64,000 nt of DNA from Pseudomonadota bacterium (GTDB taxonomy: Bacteria > Myxococcota_A > Polyangia > Fen-1088), in the NCBI GenBank assembly GCA_023438785.1, contig JAEXQJ010000259.1, forward strand, positions 4,816 to 68,815, in the 5' to 3' direction. Positions within the stretch are counted from its first letter, which is position 1, and each line of letters opens with the position of its first letter. The notes beneath the pieces were generated by a model. The model was not told the DNA's origin. It did not search any database and saw only the letters and a list, made by a program, of their open reading frames with translations. Both the position numbers and the translations under genes were made by a program. Of the stretch, positions 9,062 through 18,400 are shown piece after piece.

Positions 9062-9517
9062 TCAGCGGACAGGCTCTTGGCGTTGCCACAGGCGGCCGGC
9101 CACCTGTCGCGCAATCATTGCAGCCGCTGCGCCTCCAGCCGCCGACAGGATGCGGCCCGTTACGGTCTTCTCGCCGCTGGTCACGCGTTCGGGTTTCTCG
9201 CCGATGATGGCCAACGCCCGCGAGAAGCGACGGAAGCGACTGCTCAGCCGTGCGTGCATCCTGCGCCGGCGTGCGACGAGCGCGATGATCCCGCCCAGTG
9301 CAGAAATCACGGATGCGGCGACGACCACGATGGCCACCTTGTGGCGCTGCCACTGCAGGCGCACGTTGAAGGCCTCGTGACGGCGCCGGTCCAGATCGCC
9401 GAGCAAGCGATCCAGGTTGGACCGGATGTCCTCGATCTCATGTTCCAGCGACCCCGCACGCTCGGCGGGGGACTGGCTCTCCTCGGCACCTCCTGCGTAC
9501 GTGTCGTCCGCCATCAT
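9062..9517 (-). CDS. DUF3618-like coiled-coil/TM protein
   Basis: ORF trimmed to ATGATG at 9517 with AAGGAGAAGG upstream. SLEHEIEDIRSNLDRLLGDL resembles the DUF3618 core, followed by one TM segment. Its start overlaps the upstream stop (ATGA). Confidence 0.6.
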   Translation of the reverse strand: MMADDTYAGGAEESQSPAERAGSLEHEIEDIRSNLDRLLGDLDRRRHEAFNVRLQWQRHKVAIVVVAASVISALGGIIALVARRRRMHARLSSRFRRFSRALAIIGEKPERVTSGEKTVTGRILSAAGGAAAAMIARQVAGRLWQRQEPVR

Positions 9518-9957
9518 GACACCTTCTCCTTGGTCCACGTGATGTCGTCCTTGACCGTGGTGCGTGTGCGCCGCAGGGGCTGGGTGACCCGCCTCTTCCA
9601 GCCCAACCAGAAGGTGAGCAGAGCGACCAACAGCATGGCCCCCGCCACGATCAACGATGCACCCCAGGCCGGCAGGACCTCGGCCAGGCCCATGGCCCAC
9701 GCCACCATGAGCATGTTGACGAACAACAGCCCGGCCAAGGCCGAGATTCCGATGCGTTTGACCATGGCCAACTCGGACTGCATGTCGGCGCGCACTTCGG
9801 TCACCGCCAGTTGGACTTCCTTGCGCGCCAGTAACACGGCTTGATCGGCGATGTCACGGACCAGTGTGCCCAGCGGCAAATCGGACGGGCGCCCCGCCGG
9901 CGTGGGGGCTGCCGTTTTGCCCGGCGTTACATGGGTCTCCTTGTGTACCTCTGCCAT
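9514..9957 (-). CDS. Phage-holin family 3 (Holin-X/YqjE-like, PF07332-type) membrane protein
   Basis: ORF trimmed to ATG at 9957 with AAGGAGAGGG upstream. LVRDIADQAVLLARKEVQLAVTEVRAD is followed by two TM helices. Confidence 0.65.
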   Translation of the reverse strand: MAEVHKETHVTPGKTAAPTPAGRPSDLPLGTLVRDIADQAVLLARKEVQLAVTEVRADMQSELAMVKRIGISALAGLLFVNMLMVAWAMGLAEVLPAWGASLIVAGAMLLVALLTFWLGWKRRVTQPLRRTRTTVKDDITWTKEKVS

Positions 9958-9999
9958 TTCCCTCTCCTTCAGCTTTGCCGCTCGGGCCACCGCCGTCGT

Positions 10000-11187
10000 T
10001 TACTTCCGCTTGCGATTGCTCCGCTGATCGCTGCCGGTCCGCGCCTTGGGCGTGTCGTGGGGAAGGGTCTGCACGGCCTGTTTGCGCGCGCCTTGCTCCC
10101 CGCCGGTCGGGGGGGACGGCAGGCGGGCGAAGCTCTCGGTCAGCCCGATAGCGAATGCGTTGCGCAGAACGCCGACCAAGACTGGAAGGATTCGCTGATC
10201 GGGCTGGTCCAGGTTGGCGCGGATCAAAATCACATCGGCCGTGCCCTCGGCCTCCACCATGCGTTCCGAGGCTACGTCGACCGTCTGGTCCGTGACCCAC
10301 GTCTTCACCTGACCCACCCACGCGCTATCCGCCGGCCTCGCGTCCACGTCTTTGAGCAGGGGCCTGATCCCGCCGCGCAGCACGCCGTCCCTGCAGGTGA
10401 ACCCGACGCGCATGTCGAGAGCGCCCCGGGCGACCTGCAAATCGGCCTTGAACCCCACGAAGCCGTACAGGTCTGACAACTCCAGTCCCTGCAAGTGGCC
10501 GCGACCCGAGAAGGTGATGCCCTTGGCGGAGCGATCGACGACGACGAAGAGCGTGGCCGATCCGCTGCGCGCCACCTGGGCGCGCCCGGTCAACGTCGTG
10601 GAGGGTTGCTCTGCCCGGTCGGGGCGCTGGGCCAGGTTCGCCAGTACCAGATCCACGTCATGGATCCACAACTCGCCCGTGGCGCCGCGGCCCGGGTCCT
10701 CGTAGAGGAACTCACCGCCCTTGATGGCGACGCGATCCACGCTGACCAGTGGAAGCCGCTCGAGCAGGCGGAGCGGGCTGGCAACCTTCAGCGGCGCCTG
10801 GGGCAGGATCAGCTTGGGATCGTCGATGCGCAGCCACGCCACCAGCTTGCCGCGCAGCACATCGCGCATGTTGAAGCGAAAGTGTGCGTTCTCCAGGTAG
10901 AGCAGGGGACGTCGCCAATCACCCCCGGTGGGAACGAGCTTGAGGCGCCGGATTCGAAGGCCGGGCGGCAGCACCTGTACGTGCACGGACGCGAAGTCGC
11001 CCTCCAGAGCCCCGGAGCCCTTGAGGTACTTGCGCACGTAGTGCGCCGCTAGCGGGTCCAACACCAGGCGGACGCCGAAGACCACGGCGACGACGATGGA
11101 CAGACCGAGGACCAGCCGACTGAGCCAGCGCGAGCGAAACCAGCGGCTCCGATAGCCGCCTCTCGCATGCGCAGCCTCACCGGCCAT
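10000..11187 (-). CDS. DUF748-family protein with N-terminal TM anchor
   Basis: 395 aa with GGAGG upstream. The N-terminal helix is followed by a long beta-rich domain. Assigning DUF748 is from memory. Confidence 0.65.
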   Translation of the reverse strand: MAGEAAHARGGYRSRWFRSRWLSRLVLGLSIVVAVVFGVRLVLDPLAAHYVRKYLKGSGALEGDFASVHVQVLPPGLRIRRLKLVPTGGDWRRPLLYLENAHFRFNMRDVLRGKLVAWLRIDDPKLILPQAPLKVASPLRLLERLPLVSVDRVAIKGGEFLYEDPGRGATGELWIHDVDLVLANLAQRPDRAEQPSTTLTGRAQVARSGSATLFVVVDRSAKGITFSGRGHLQGLELSDLYGFVGFKADLQVARGALDMRVGFTCRDGVLRGGIRPLLKDVDARPADSAWVGQVKTWVTDQTVDVASERMVEAEGTADVILIRANLDQPDQRILPVLVGVLRNAFAIGLTESFARLPSPPTGGEQGARKQAVQTLPHDTPKARTGSDQRSNRKRK

Positions 11188-11440
11188 GATTCCACCTCCC
11201 TGCGCGCCCGTCGCTTCTGAGAGAACTCCCAGTCCTCGTGCCTCAAGGAGCGTGCCAGGGGCACGCGGCTCGGCCGCGGGCGCATCGGCGCGCCCAACGC
11301 GTCTGAGCCGTCACACGTCCGTAACACCGGGCTGTTCGCGTTACCAGATCGTGACCGGAACTGGCCCGGCGCACCGCCTTTATCGCAGACGTGCGATGGC
11401 ATGTGGCTTGAAACGCCGAGCCCACATGGGGGAACGAGCC

Positions 11441-11623
11441 ATGGAAAACGAAGAGACCGAGCAGAAGCTGGGGGAGGCGCAAGAAGCCGCCGACGAGGCT
11501 CGCCGGATGGCGGAGGACTGGAAGACCCGGGCCGCTGCGGCCATCCGAGAGAACCCACTGCCGTTCCTGGTAGGAGCATTCGCGGCTGGCTTCCTCATCG
11601 CGAGGGTGGCTCGTCATGTATGA
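11441..11623 (+). CDS. DUF883 (YqjD/ElaB-like) small protein, paralog 2
   Basis: Internal ATG of ORF 11186..11623. It reads MENEETEQKLGEAQEAADEARRMAEDW...ENPLPFLVGAFAAGFLIARV, matching the ElaB C-terminal pattern (NPW-x-VG-x-AAG-x-GFLLG). Confidence 0.5.
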   Translation: MENEETEQKLGEAQEAADEARRMAEDWKTRAAAAIRENPLPFLVGAFAAGFLIARVARHV

Positions 11624-11936
11624 GGGCAGCCTGGGCGACGCGGGCCAGACTCGCCACGAGGCTGAAGAGGCCTATTCGGAACTGCGCGATCTGGCGGCTC
11701 GCCTGCTCGCCGAGCTTCGGCGTGAAGCGGAGGACAACCCCCTGCGAACCGTCGCCATCGCCGCCGGCGCCGGCTTCGCGCTGGGCGGCGGCGTGTTCTC
11801 TTCTCTGACCGCGCGCGTGCTGGGCATCGGGCTGCGCGTGGTGTTGGGCGCGGCGGCGTTGCCCGCGGTGCTCCCCTTGGCCGCAGGCGGAATTTGGAAG
11901 TTGGTCAGGCTCCACCAACACGATTCGCAGGGCTGA
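11616..11936 (+). CDS. DUF883 (YqjD/ElaB-like) small protein, paralog 3
   Basis: It overlaps the previous gene by ATGTATGA. DNPLRTVAIAAGAGFALGGG is present. Confidence 0.55.
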   Translation: MYEGSLGDAGQTRHEAEEAYSELRDLAARLLAELRREAEDNPLRTVAIAAGAGFALGGGVFSSLTARVLGIGLRVVLGAAALPAVLPLAAGGIWKLVRLHQHDSQG

Positions 11937-11952
11937 AGGCGGGAGAACGAAG

Positions 11953-12276
11953 ATGAAAGCGACCTTATTCGTAATTGGTTTGGCCATCCTCATCGGCTGC
12001 AAATCGAGCAACAACAAGAGTGACGCCAGCGCCGCAGGCGGGAGCACGGCGACGGCCACGTCGAGCGGCACGGGCACCGGCGCCACGGCCACGGCAACCG
12101 GGACGGGCACGGGAACCGCTACCGCCGTGAAAGGCGACGCCGCCGCAGATATGGGCGCCCCCGCCGATGGAGGCATGAGCGAGGACGCGGGAGCCACGGG
12201 TGGGGTGGGTAAGAAGAGCCGCTCGGCGATGCGCTCTGAGCGGGTGCACAATGAAAAGCGCGTGGTGCACAGGTAG
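11953..12276 (+). CDS. Small lipoprotein with T/G/A-rich low-complexity region and basic C-terminus
   Basis: MKATLFVIGLAILIGCKSS lipobox. The signal region uses unusually AT-rich codons (tta ttc gta att ggt ttg) for this genome. GGGAGAACGAAG lies upstream. Confidence 0.45.
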   Translation: MKATLFVIGLAILIGCKSSNNKSDASAAGGSTATATSSGTGTGATATATGTGTGTATAVKGDAAADMGAPADGGMSEDAGATGGVGKKSRSAMRSERVHNEKRVVHR

Positions 12277-12438
12277 ACTGTCCGAAATGCCGGGGGGAAT
12301 AGGGTGAGGACAAGGCGAATGATGTCGGGCGAACGGCAGACGGTCGCGGATGGATCAAGCGACGGGAGTGAGCCGACGGTGTGCCGTGGTGGTTTTCCAC
12401 CGTCAGGATCAGCGAAGGGAACATCGGTGGGAGGGAGA

Positions 12439-13380
12439 ATGCAAATGCGGACCTTGGGATGGCTGTGTGGTTTGGCTTTGATGGGTGTGGCCGCAACGGC
12501 CTACGGGGACGATCAATCGGGGACGGTCGCGCAAGAGCAGACTGCGGCGCCCGCGCAGACCGCACCTCCTGGTGGCGAGCCCGGCGCGACTTCGACGCAA
12601 ACCTCGACCTCCACGACTCCGTGGGGGATCACTCCGTATACCGAGCGCCGGCTGATCTTGGACCAGGGAAGGGGCGCCGTGCGTGTGTTCGCCAAGATCA
12701 ACATGGCGACGGACAACGTGGGCCAGCCCACGACGATCACACCCGACGTGTTCTTCGGGATAACCGACAGGATCCAGTTCGGCGTGGTTCACATCAGCCC
12801 GCTCGACTGGCAGACCCCAGGTTTCATCCCCAACGCTCTGTGTGTCACGGGCAAGGACAACAACTGCCCCAAGGTGTACAACAACACCTCGTTCGACCTG
12901 CTGGCGCTCATTGTGCCCGGGCGCTACGAGATCGCGGCGCATGTTCGCTACGATTTCAGTTCGTGGGATCCGTTGTTCATGGACCTGTTGCTTGGCTTCA
13001 AGTCCAAGTTGCGCCTGCCCTACGTGTCGGTGTTGTTCAATCCGGCGGTTCAGATAGGCCTCAACAAGCGTGACGACGTCCGCGGTCCCACGCCTGACGG
13101 CAACAAGGAGATCATCTACCTGCCGGTGGAGGTCGTCTTCCAGGCGACGCCCCTGCTGGCTATTTCGGCGCAGAGCGCGCTGTGGGCTCCGGCCAAGAAC
13201 TTTGGGGATACCTTCCAGGTCCCGCTCGGTGGCGCGCTCCTCTTCACCATCAGCCCGATGGTGGACATCGGCGTGCGCTTCGCCTTCGACAACCTCGGTC
13301 GGGTGGAGACGCCTTACGGCCGTCGTGTCGCACGCAGCGACGCCCGCACGCTGACCGCCTTGGCCAATATCTACTTCTAA
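12439..13380 (+). CDS. Outer-membrane beta-barrel protein (C-terminal Phe), unknown function
   Basis: ORF 12304..13380 trimmed to ATG at 12439 with a strong GGGAGGGAGA RBS. The signal peptide is MQMRTLGWLCGLALMGVAATAYG. Alternating beta pattern ends in ...ALANIYF. Confidence 0.7.
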   Translation: MQMRTLGWLCGLALMGVAATAYGDDQSGTVAQEQTAAPAQTAPPGGEPGATSTQTSTSTTPWGITPYTERRLILDQGRGAVRVFAKINMATDNVGQPTTITPDVFFGITDRIQFGVVHISPLDWQTPGFIPNALCVTGKDNNCPKVYNNTSFDLLALIVPGRYEIAAHVRYDFSSWDPLFMDLLLGFKSKLRLPYVSVLFNPAVQIGLNKRDDVRGPTPDGNKEIIYLPVEVVFQATPLLAISAQSALWAPAKNFGDTFQVPLGGALLFTISPMVDIGVRFAFDNLGRVETPYGRRVARSDARTLTALANIYF

Positions 13381-13401
13381 ACCTGCGCGAGGCTTCCATG
13401 A

Positions 13402-13443
13402 GGGTTCCCGCCGCCGCCCCACGCGGGCAGACCGCGGGAACCC
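13402..13443. terminator. GC-rich hairpin (GGGTTCCCGC-N22-GCGGGAACCC) between convergent genes
   Basis: A 10-bp perfect inverted repeat sits between the OMP gene (stop 13380) and ligD (stop 13526). No clear U-tract, so possibly bidirectional. Confidence 0.35.
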
Positions 13444-13525
13444 TGTGCTCGCTTGGTCAGATGGCGCCGGGTTCGTCAGCCGATCCATTCCGGCCGGCGT
13501 TGGGCCTCGTTCGCATGGCATCCGG

Positions 13526-14539
13526 TCAAGGCTGGGGCATGCCGCATTCGTCGATCGGCTTGTCAGGCCGCCAGCGCAGGAACGTGGGCTGGCGCAAAAG
13601 ACCCTCAGCGGTCACCTCGCGGTAGCGAATCTCGCACACCAAGCGGGGCGCGACCCAGGTGCAGGGGAGGCCGCGTGGCACGGGACCGCCGCACGGCGGC
13701 TTCCGCACCGCGTCGGCGGCCAATTGGCGCGGCAGCCTCTCCAGATCCTCCTCGCTCAGTCCGCTGCCCGCGCGGCCCACGTAGACCAGGCCCGACGCGG
13801 CCGGCGCGGCGAGCAGCAAGGAGCCCAGGCCGGTACGCAGGCCGCCCGGCGCCGTGTAGCCCACCACCACGAGGTCGGCCACCCGATCGCGACGGATCTT
13901 CAGCCAGTGGCGCGAGCGCCCGGCCCGATAGGCCGCATCGGCCCGCTTGGCCATGATGCCCTCCAGGCCCATGCGGGCTACAGCCGCGAACACCTCCTCG
14001 CCGCGTGTCTCGATGTGGTCCACGTAGCGCAGGGGTCCCGTCGTGGGCAGCAGGCGCGCCAGCAGCCGCTTGCGTTCGAGCAAAGGCAGCGGCCGCACGT
14101 CGTGTCCCTCCACGCCCAGCAGATCGAAGACGAAGTACAGCGCGGGCAGGGTGGCGGCGGCTTGGGCGATCTCGGCGGGGTTGTTGAGCAGGGCGCGTCG
14201 CTGCAGGCGCTGGAAGCTGGGATGTCCGCGCTCGTCGGTGACCACGATTTCCCCATCCAACACCATGTCGACGGGCAGAGCGCGGAGTGCCACTTCCAGA
14301 TCGGGATAGACCGCCGTCGCATCGCCCCCGCCCCGGTGAAAGATATGCGCGGAGGGGCCGTGTCGCTCAGCCAGGGCGCGAAAGCCGTCGTACTTGATCT
14401 CGAAGAGCCAACCGGCGCCGGTGAAGGGCCGAGCGCGCATCTCGGCCAGCATCGGTGAGGCCGCCCCGGCGCGCACCGTTGCGGAAGGTGCGCCCAGTCT
14501 CTCCAACTCGGCCGCAAGCCAGTGCGATGTGTCCGCCAT
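13526..14539 (-). CDS. ligD: ATP-dependent DNA ligase, ligase-domain-only LigD/LigC type (NHEJ)
   Basis: KxDG adenylation motif (WLFEIKYDGFR) and PMLAE motif. 337 aa with no polymerase or phosphoesterase domains. Divergent from ku. Confidence 0.85.
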   Translation of the reverse strand: MADTSHWLAAELERLGAPSATVRAGAASPMLAEMRARPFTGAGWLFEIKYDGFRALAERHGPSAHIFHRGGGDATAVYPDLEVALRALPVDMVLDGEIVVTDERGHPSFQRLQRRALLNNPAEIAQAAATLPALYFVFDLLGVEGHDVRPLPLLERKRLLARLLPTTGPLRYVDHIETRGEEVFAAVARMGLEGIMAKRADAAYRAGRSRHWLKIRRDRVADLVVVGYTAPGGLRTGLGSLLLAAPAASGLVYVGRAGSGLSEEDLERLPRQLAADAVRKPPCGGPVPRGLPCTWVAPRLVCEIRYREVTAEGLLRQPTFLRWRPDKPIDECGMPQP

Positions 14540-14586
14540 GTTGGCAGCCCCGAGAATTGCCGCGCCCTGCTCGCTACATTTCGATC

Positions 14587-15447
14587 ATGGCTCGTGCGAT
14601 CGCGGGCGCCACTGTCTCGTTCGGCCTCGTGTCCATCCCTGTGAAGCTGTATCCGGCCACGCGGCGGGCCTCGGGCGTGGCGTTTCATCTCCTGCACAAG
14701 ACGGACGGGTCGCGTTTGCACCAGCAGTATCTGTGTGCCAAGGACGGCGACGTGGTGCCGCGCGACGAGATGATCAAGGGCTACGAATTCGCCAAGGACC
14801 AGTACGTGACCTTCACCAACGAAGAGCTGAAGGCCATGGAGGAGAAGTCGACCCAGACCATCGAGATCGCGCAATTTGTGCCGCTCGACAAGGTAGACCC
14901 GGTGTACTTCGACCGACCCTATTACCTGGCCCCGGAAAAGGGCGGCGAGAAGGCCTATCGCCTCCTGGTCGAGGTCATGGAGATGAGCGGGCGGGCCGCG
15001 GTGGGGCGCTACGCCGCGCGCGACCGTTTGTACCTGGTCATGTTGCGGCCCGCGCCGGGCGCCCAGGGCGGCGCGCACGGCATGGTCATGCAGCAGCTCC
15101 TCTTCTCCGATGAGGTGCGGCCGTTTTCCGAGGTCCCCATCCCTGAGAGTCGGGTGAGCGAGCCCGAGCTGAAGCTGGCCCAGCAGTTGGTCGACCAGAT
15201 CGCCTCGGACAGCTTCGATGCGAGCGCCTACCGCAACGAGGTGCGGGATCGCATCGAGGCCGAGATCCAACGCAAGTTGGAAGGCAAGGAGATCGCTGTC
15301 TCGCCCGCCGCGGCTCCGCCCGCCCAGGTCATCGATCTCATGGCGGCGCTCAAGGCCAGCCTGAGTGGCCAGCCCGCGGCCGCCTCGCCTTCGCCCGGCG
15401 TCCGGCGCCCGTCACGACACCGTCCGGGGGCGCGACGGACGCGCTGA
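14587..15447 (+). CDS. ku: Ku protein (NHEJ)
   Basis: Internal ATG at 14587. MARAIAGATVSFGLVSIPVKLYPAT is a canonical bacterial Ku N-terminus. It has a basic C-terminal tail. Confidence 0.9.
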   Translation: MARAIAGATVSFGLVSIPVKLYPATRRASGVAFHLLHKTDGSRLHQQYLCAKDGDVVPRDEMIKGYEFAKDQYVTFTNEELKAMEEKSTQTIEIAQFVPLDKVDPVYFDRPYYLAPEKGGEKAYRLLVEVMEMSGRAAVGRYAARDRLYLVMLRPAPGAQGGAHGMVMQQLLFSDEVRPFSEVPIPESRVSEPELKLAQQLVDQIASDSFDASAYRNEVRDRIEAEIQRKLEGKEIAVSPAAAPPAQVIDLMAALKASLSGQPAAASPSPGVRRPSRHRPGARRTR

Positions 15448-15480
15448 TCTCGAGTCCGCCCGCCTGTCGAACCTGCATCG

Positions 15481-18400
15481 TCAGTACCTGTAGGTCCATA
15501 GCGCGTCCAGGCTGCCCACACCCGCGTCGCCGAAAATGGTCTCCAGGATCCAGCCACGCGAAATGGTGTACTGCACGCTGGCCTCATTGGCGTTTTGCTC
15601 CGTGCTGGCGCCGAACACGTGGGCGTAGCTCAGGTAGACGCGGCTGCTGATGTACTTGCCCACCTCGAGGCGCGTGCCGGGCGTTCCCGCTGCCGCGGCT
15701 TCCACCGGCGCCGGCGCGCTCTGCACCCGCAGGACGTCCACGCCCAGGCGCGGCGCCAGCTTGTCCGCGATTTGCCCGAGCACGGCGCTGGCCACCGCGG
15801 CCTTGGGATCGAAGGCACTGTCGGCCGACGGCTGGCCACCGGCTTGCCCGGTGAGGATGAGGCTGACGATCTGGGCCTGATCGAAGGTGGGGGGATCGCT
15901 GCTCAGGCGCAGCTCGGGCTTCTGCGGTGTGCCCCTGACTTCCACGGCCACCAGGGCCTCGGGGAACAGGTGGGTCACGCGGATGTCCAGGCGGGGCTCG
16001 GTCGTGCCGTCGAAGGCCACGCGGCCGTAATCCACGTCGAAACGCTGTCCACTCACGTCGATGTGACCGCGCCGGATTTCGATGGTGCCCGCAAGGACGG
16101 TAGAGCCGCCGGCCGCCGTGCCCACGTGCAAGTTGCTGACCACGTCTATATCCAGATTCTGCCCGCGCACCTGCACGTTTTCGGCGTTGGCCTGCAGATC
16201 CAGGCGCAGGGCTGGGCCGCCGCCCGCTCGTTTGTGCTCCTCCGCCGCTGCCTTGGCCGCCTCGTCAACGAAGTGCACGTCGTCGCGAGGACCGATGGGC
16301 TGTAGCTTGCGCCCACCCAGGTCCAGCGACGGCAGCCGCAACGTGGCGCGCGGCACGTCGAGCCGGCCCGACAGCACCGATTCGTGCAGGGCCGCATCGA
16401 GGGCGAAGTCGCCGTTGAGGCGCAGGCCCGAGACCCCGCCCGTCGCGAGTGCGACCATGAAGCGACGGGCCTGGACGGTCAGCGCGATCTGCACGGGGCG
16501 CAGTCCCTCTAGCAGCACGAAGCCTTCGCCATCCAGGGTGCCGCCGGCCGATGAGGCGTGCAGAGTCTCCACGTCGATGCGACCTGGACGGAGCCGCACG
16601 TCCGCCCTCACATCGTCGAAGGTGGGTTGCCCCACCAAGCCCACGCGGCCCTCGCGCCAGGTGATGGTCCCGCGCAGTTCGGGGGCGTGCAGGGGACCGC
16701 TGGCCTGCACGTCAGCCTCGATCAGACCGTCCGCCTCCCGAAGCCGGGGCAAGAACAGACGAGCGAAACCCGGGTGCAGACGGTGGGCGCGCACGTCCGC
16801 CCGGATTCTGCGCGCCTGATCCATTTCGGCGCGGGCGTGCAGTTGGCCCCCGGCGATCTCGGCCACCTCCAAGAGCAAACGCGTGCCCTCGGGTTCCAGG
16901 CTGGCGTGGACGCGCACCGGGCCCAGGCGCAGCCGGTCCACACGGCCCGCGGTCAGGACCGCATCGATGGTGCCCAGGGGGCGATGCGGCGTGCCGCGCA
17001 GGCGGGCCGAGGCGGCCACCATCCCTCCCAAGTCAAGCAGCCGATCGTCGAGCTTCGACAGGGAGGCCAAATCAAGACGGCGGAGGTCCGCATTTAGCTC
17101 CACGGGCGCGTCTTGCACCTGGAGGCCGGCCAGCAGGGCGCCCACGGGGCGGCCGATGCGGCCCTCGGCCTGCAGGCTGGCACCGTCCCCCGTGATCATC
17201 TGCAGCCGGCCGCGCAGGCCCCCGGGCTCACTGTCGAGGGCCACCAGACCCTGCAGCCGGGGCAGGCGATGCAGGCGTGATCGGCGGCCCGGCAGGCGCA
17301 GATCCAGATCGTGCAGGCTGGCGCGGATGTGCACATCTGGGCGGGCCACGTCGCCTTGCACGCGTGCCAGCAGTTCGACGACGCCGCCTTCCACGCCGTG
17401 GGCGGTGAGTCGACGTGCGAGCAGCGGCAGACGTTCCAGGCGCGCGGCGCTGCTGGCCACGCGAATGGCCAGGGGACCGCGTCTGGCCAGGTGGGGAACA
17501 GACTGGCGGGTGAGCGGAACCTGCGCGTCGAGACGCAGGCGGGTGCATCCCGCATCGAGGTTCACGTGCAACTCGCCTTGGCCCACGCCCAGCACGGCCT
17601 GGGCCTGGCCGCTGAAGCGATCCACGCCCGGGAGCTGCACGTTGCTCGCGAGGAGCTTGGCGTGTCCGCGCGGCACGTGGCCCAATGTGAGGACGGCATC
17701 GAGTGCGAGTTGGCCGGCGTAGGTGCCCTGGCCTTGCACGCGCACTTCTTCAAGGGCAAGACGTCGGCCCGATGCCCAGCGGACGGTGGCCGGCTCAAGC
17801 AGTCGCAGGTGCTCGGCCAGATCGCGTCCTCGTAGTAAAAGCTCCAACTCGCGCACGCGCGCCACCACCTCATCCGCCTCCACGCGCCCACGGCCCGCGA
17901 CCCGGATGCGAAACTGGGGCCCCTGTGCACGGGCCGACACGTCCAAGGCACGCCCGTCGCCCACCACATCGAGGAAGACGCGATCGAAATCCGGCAGCCC
18001 GCTTGCCAGGTGCATCCCCTGGGCTACCAGGGTGAGCCGGCCGCGCGGGCGATGAAGATCGCCGGCCAGCTTGCCTCGTAGCCGGAGGGCCGAGATGTGC
18101 GACTGGCGCACGGCCAGGTGGGAGCCGACGGCAGCGAGATTCACGTCGAGCGCCGAGGGAAAGCGGCCGCGCAGCCTGGCCCGCAGCACACCGTGGCCGC
18201 GGATATCGGGATGAGGGCCGTCCTCGGGTGCGCCCGCGCGGGCTTGCAACTCGGCGTTGACGTCGCGGCCTACGCCACGGCCGCGCAGGGTGATGCGCGC
18301 GCCTGCGCCCCGCAGTGAGGCTTGCCGAATGGTCCAGCTCGTACCCAAGGCCTCCGCGTCCAGGCGCAGCTCAAGGATGCGGATGCCAGCCAGGTGGAAT

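Noticed and set aside
13445-15270. ORFs 13445-14458 (+), 13978-15270 (-) and 14394-15113 (+) over ligD/ku
   Set aside because: The alternative frames of ligD (KxDG motif) and ku (canonical N-terminus) explain the region fully.
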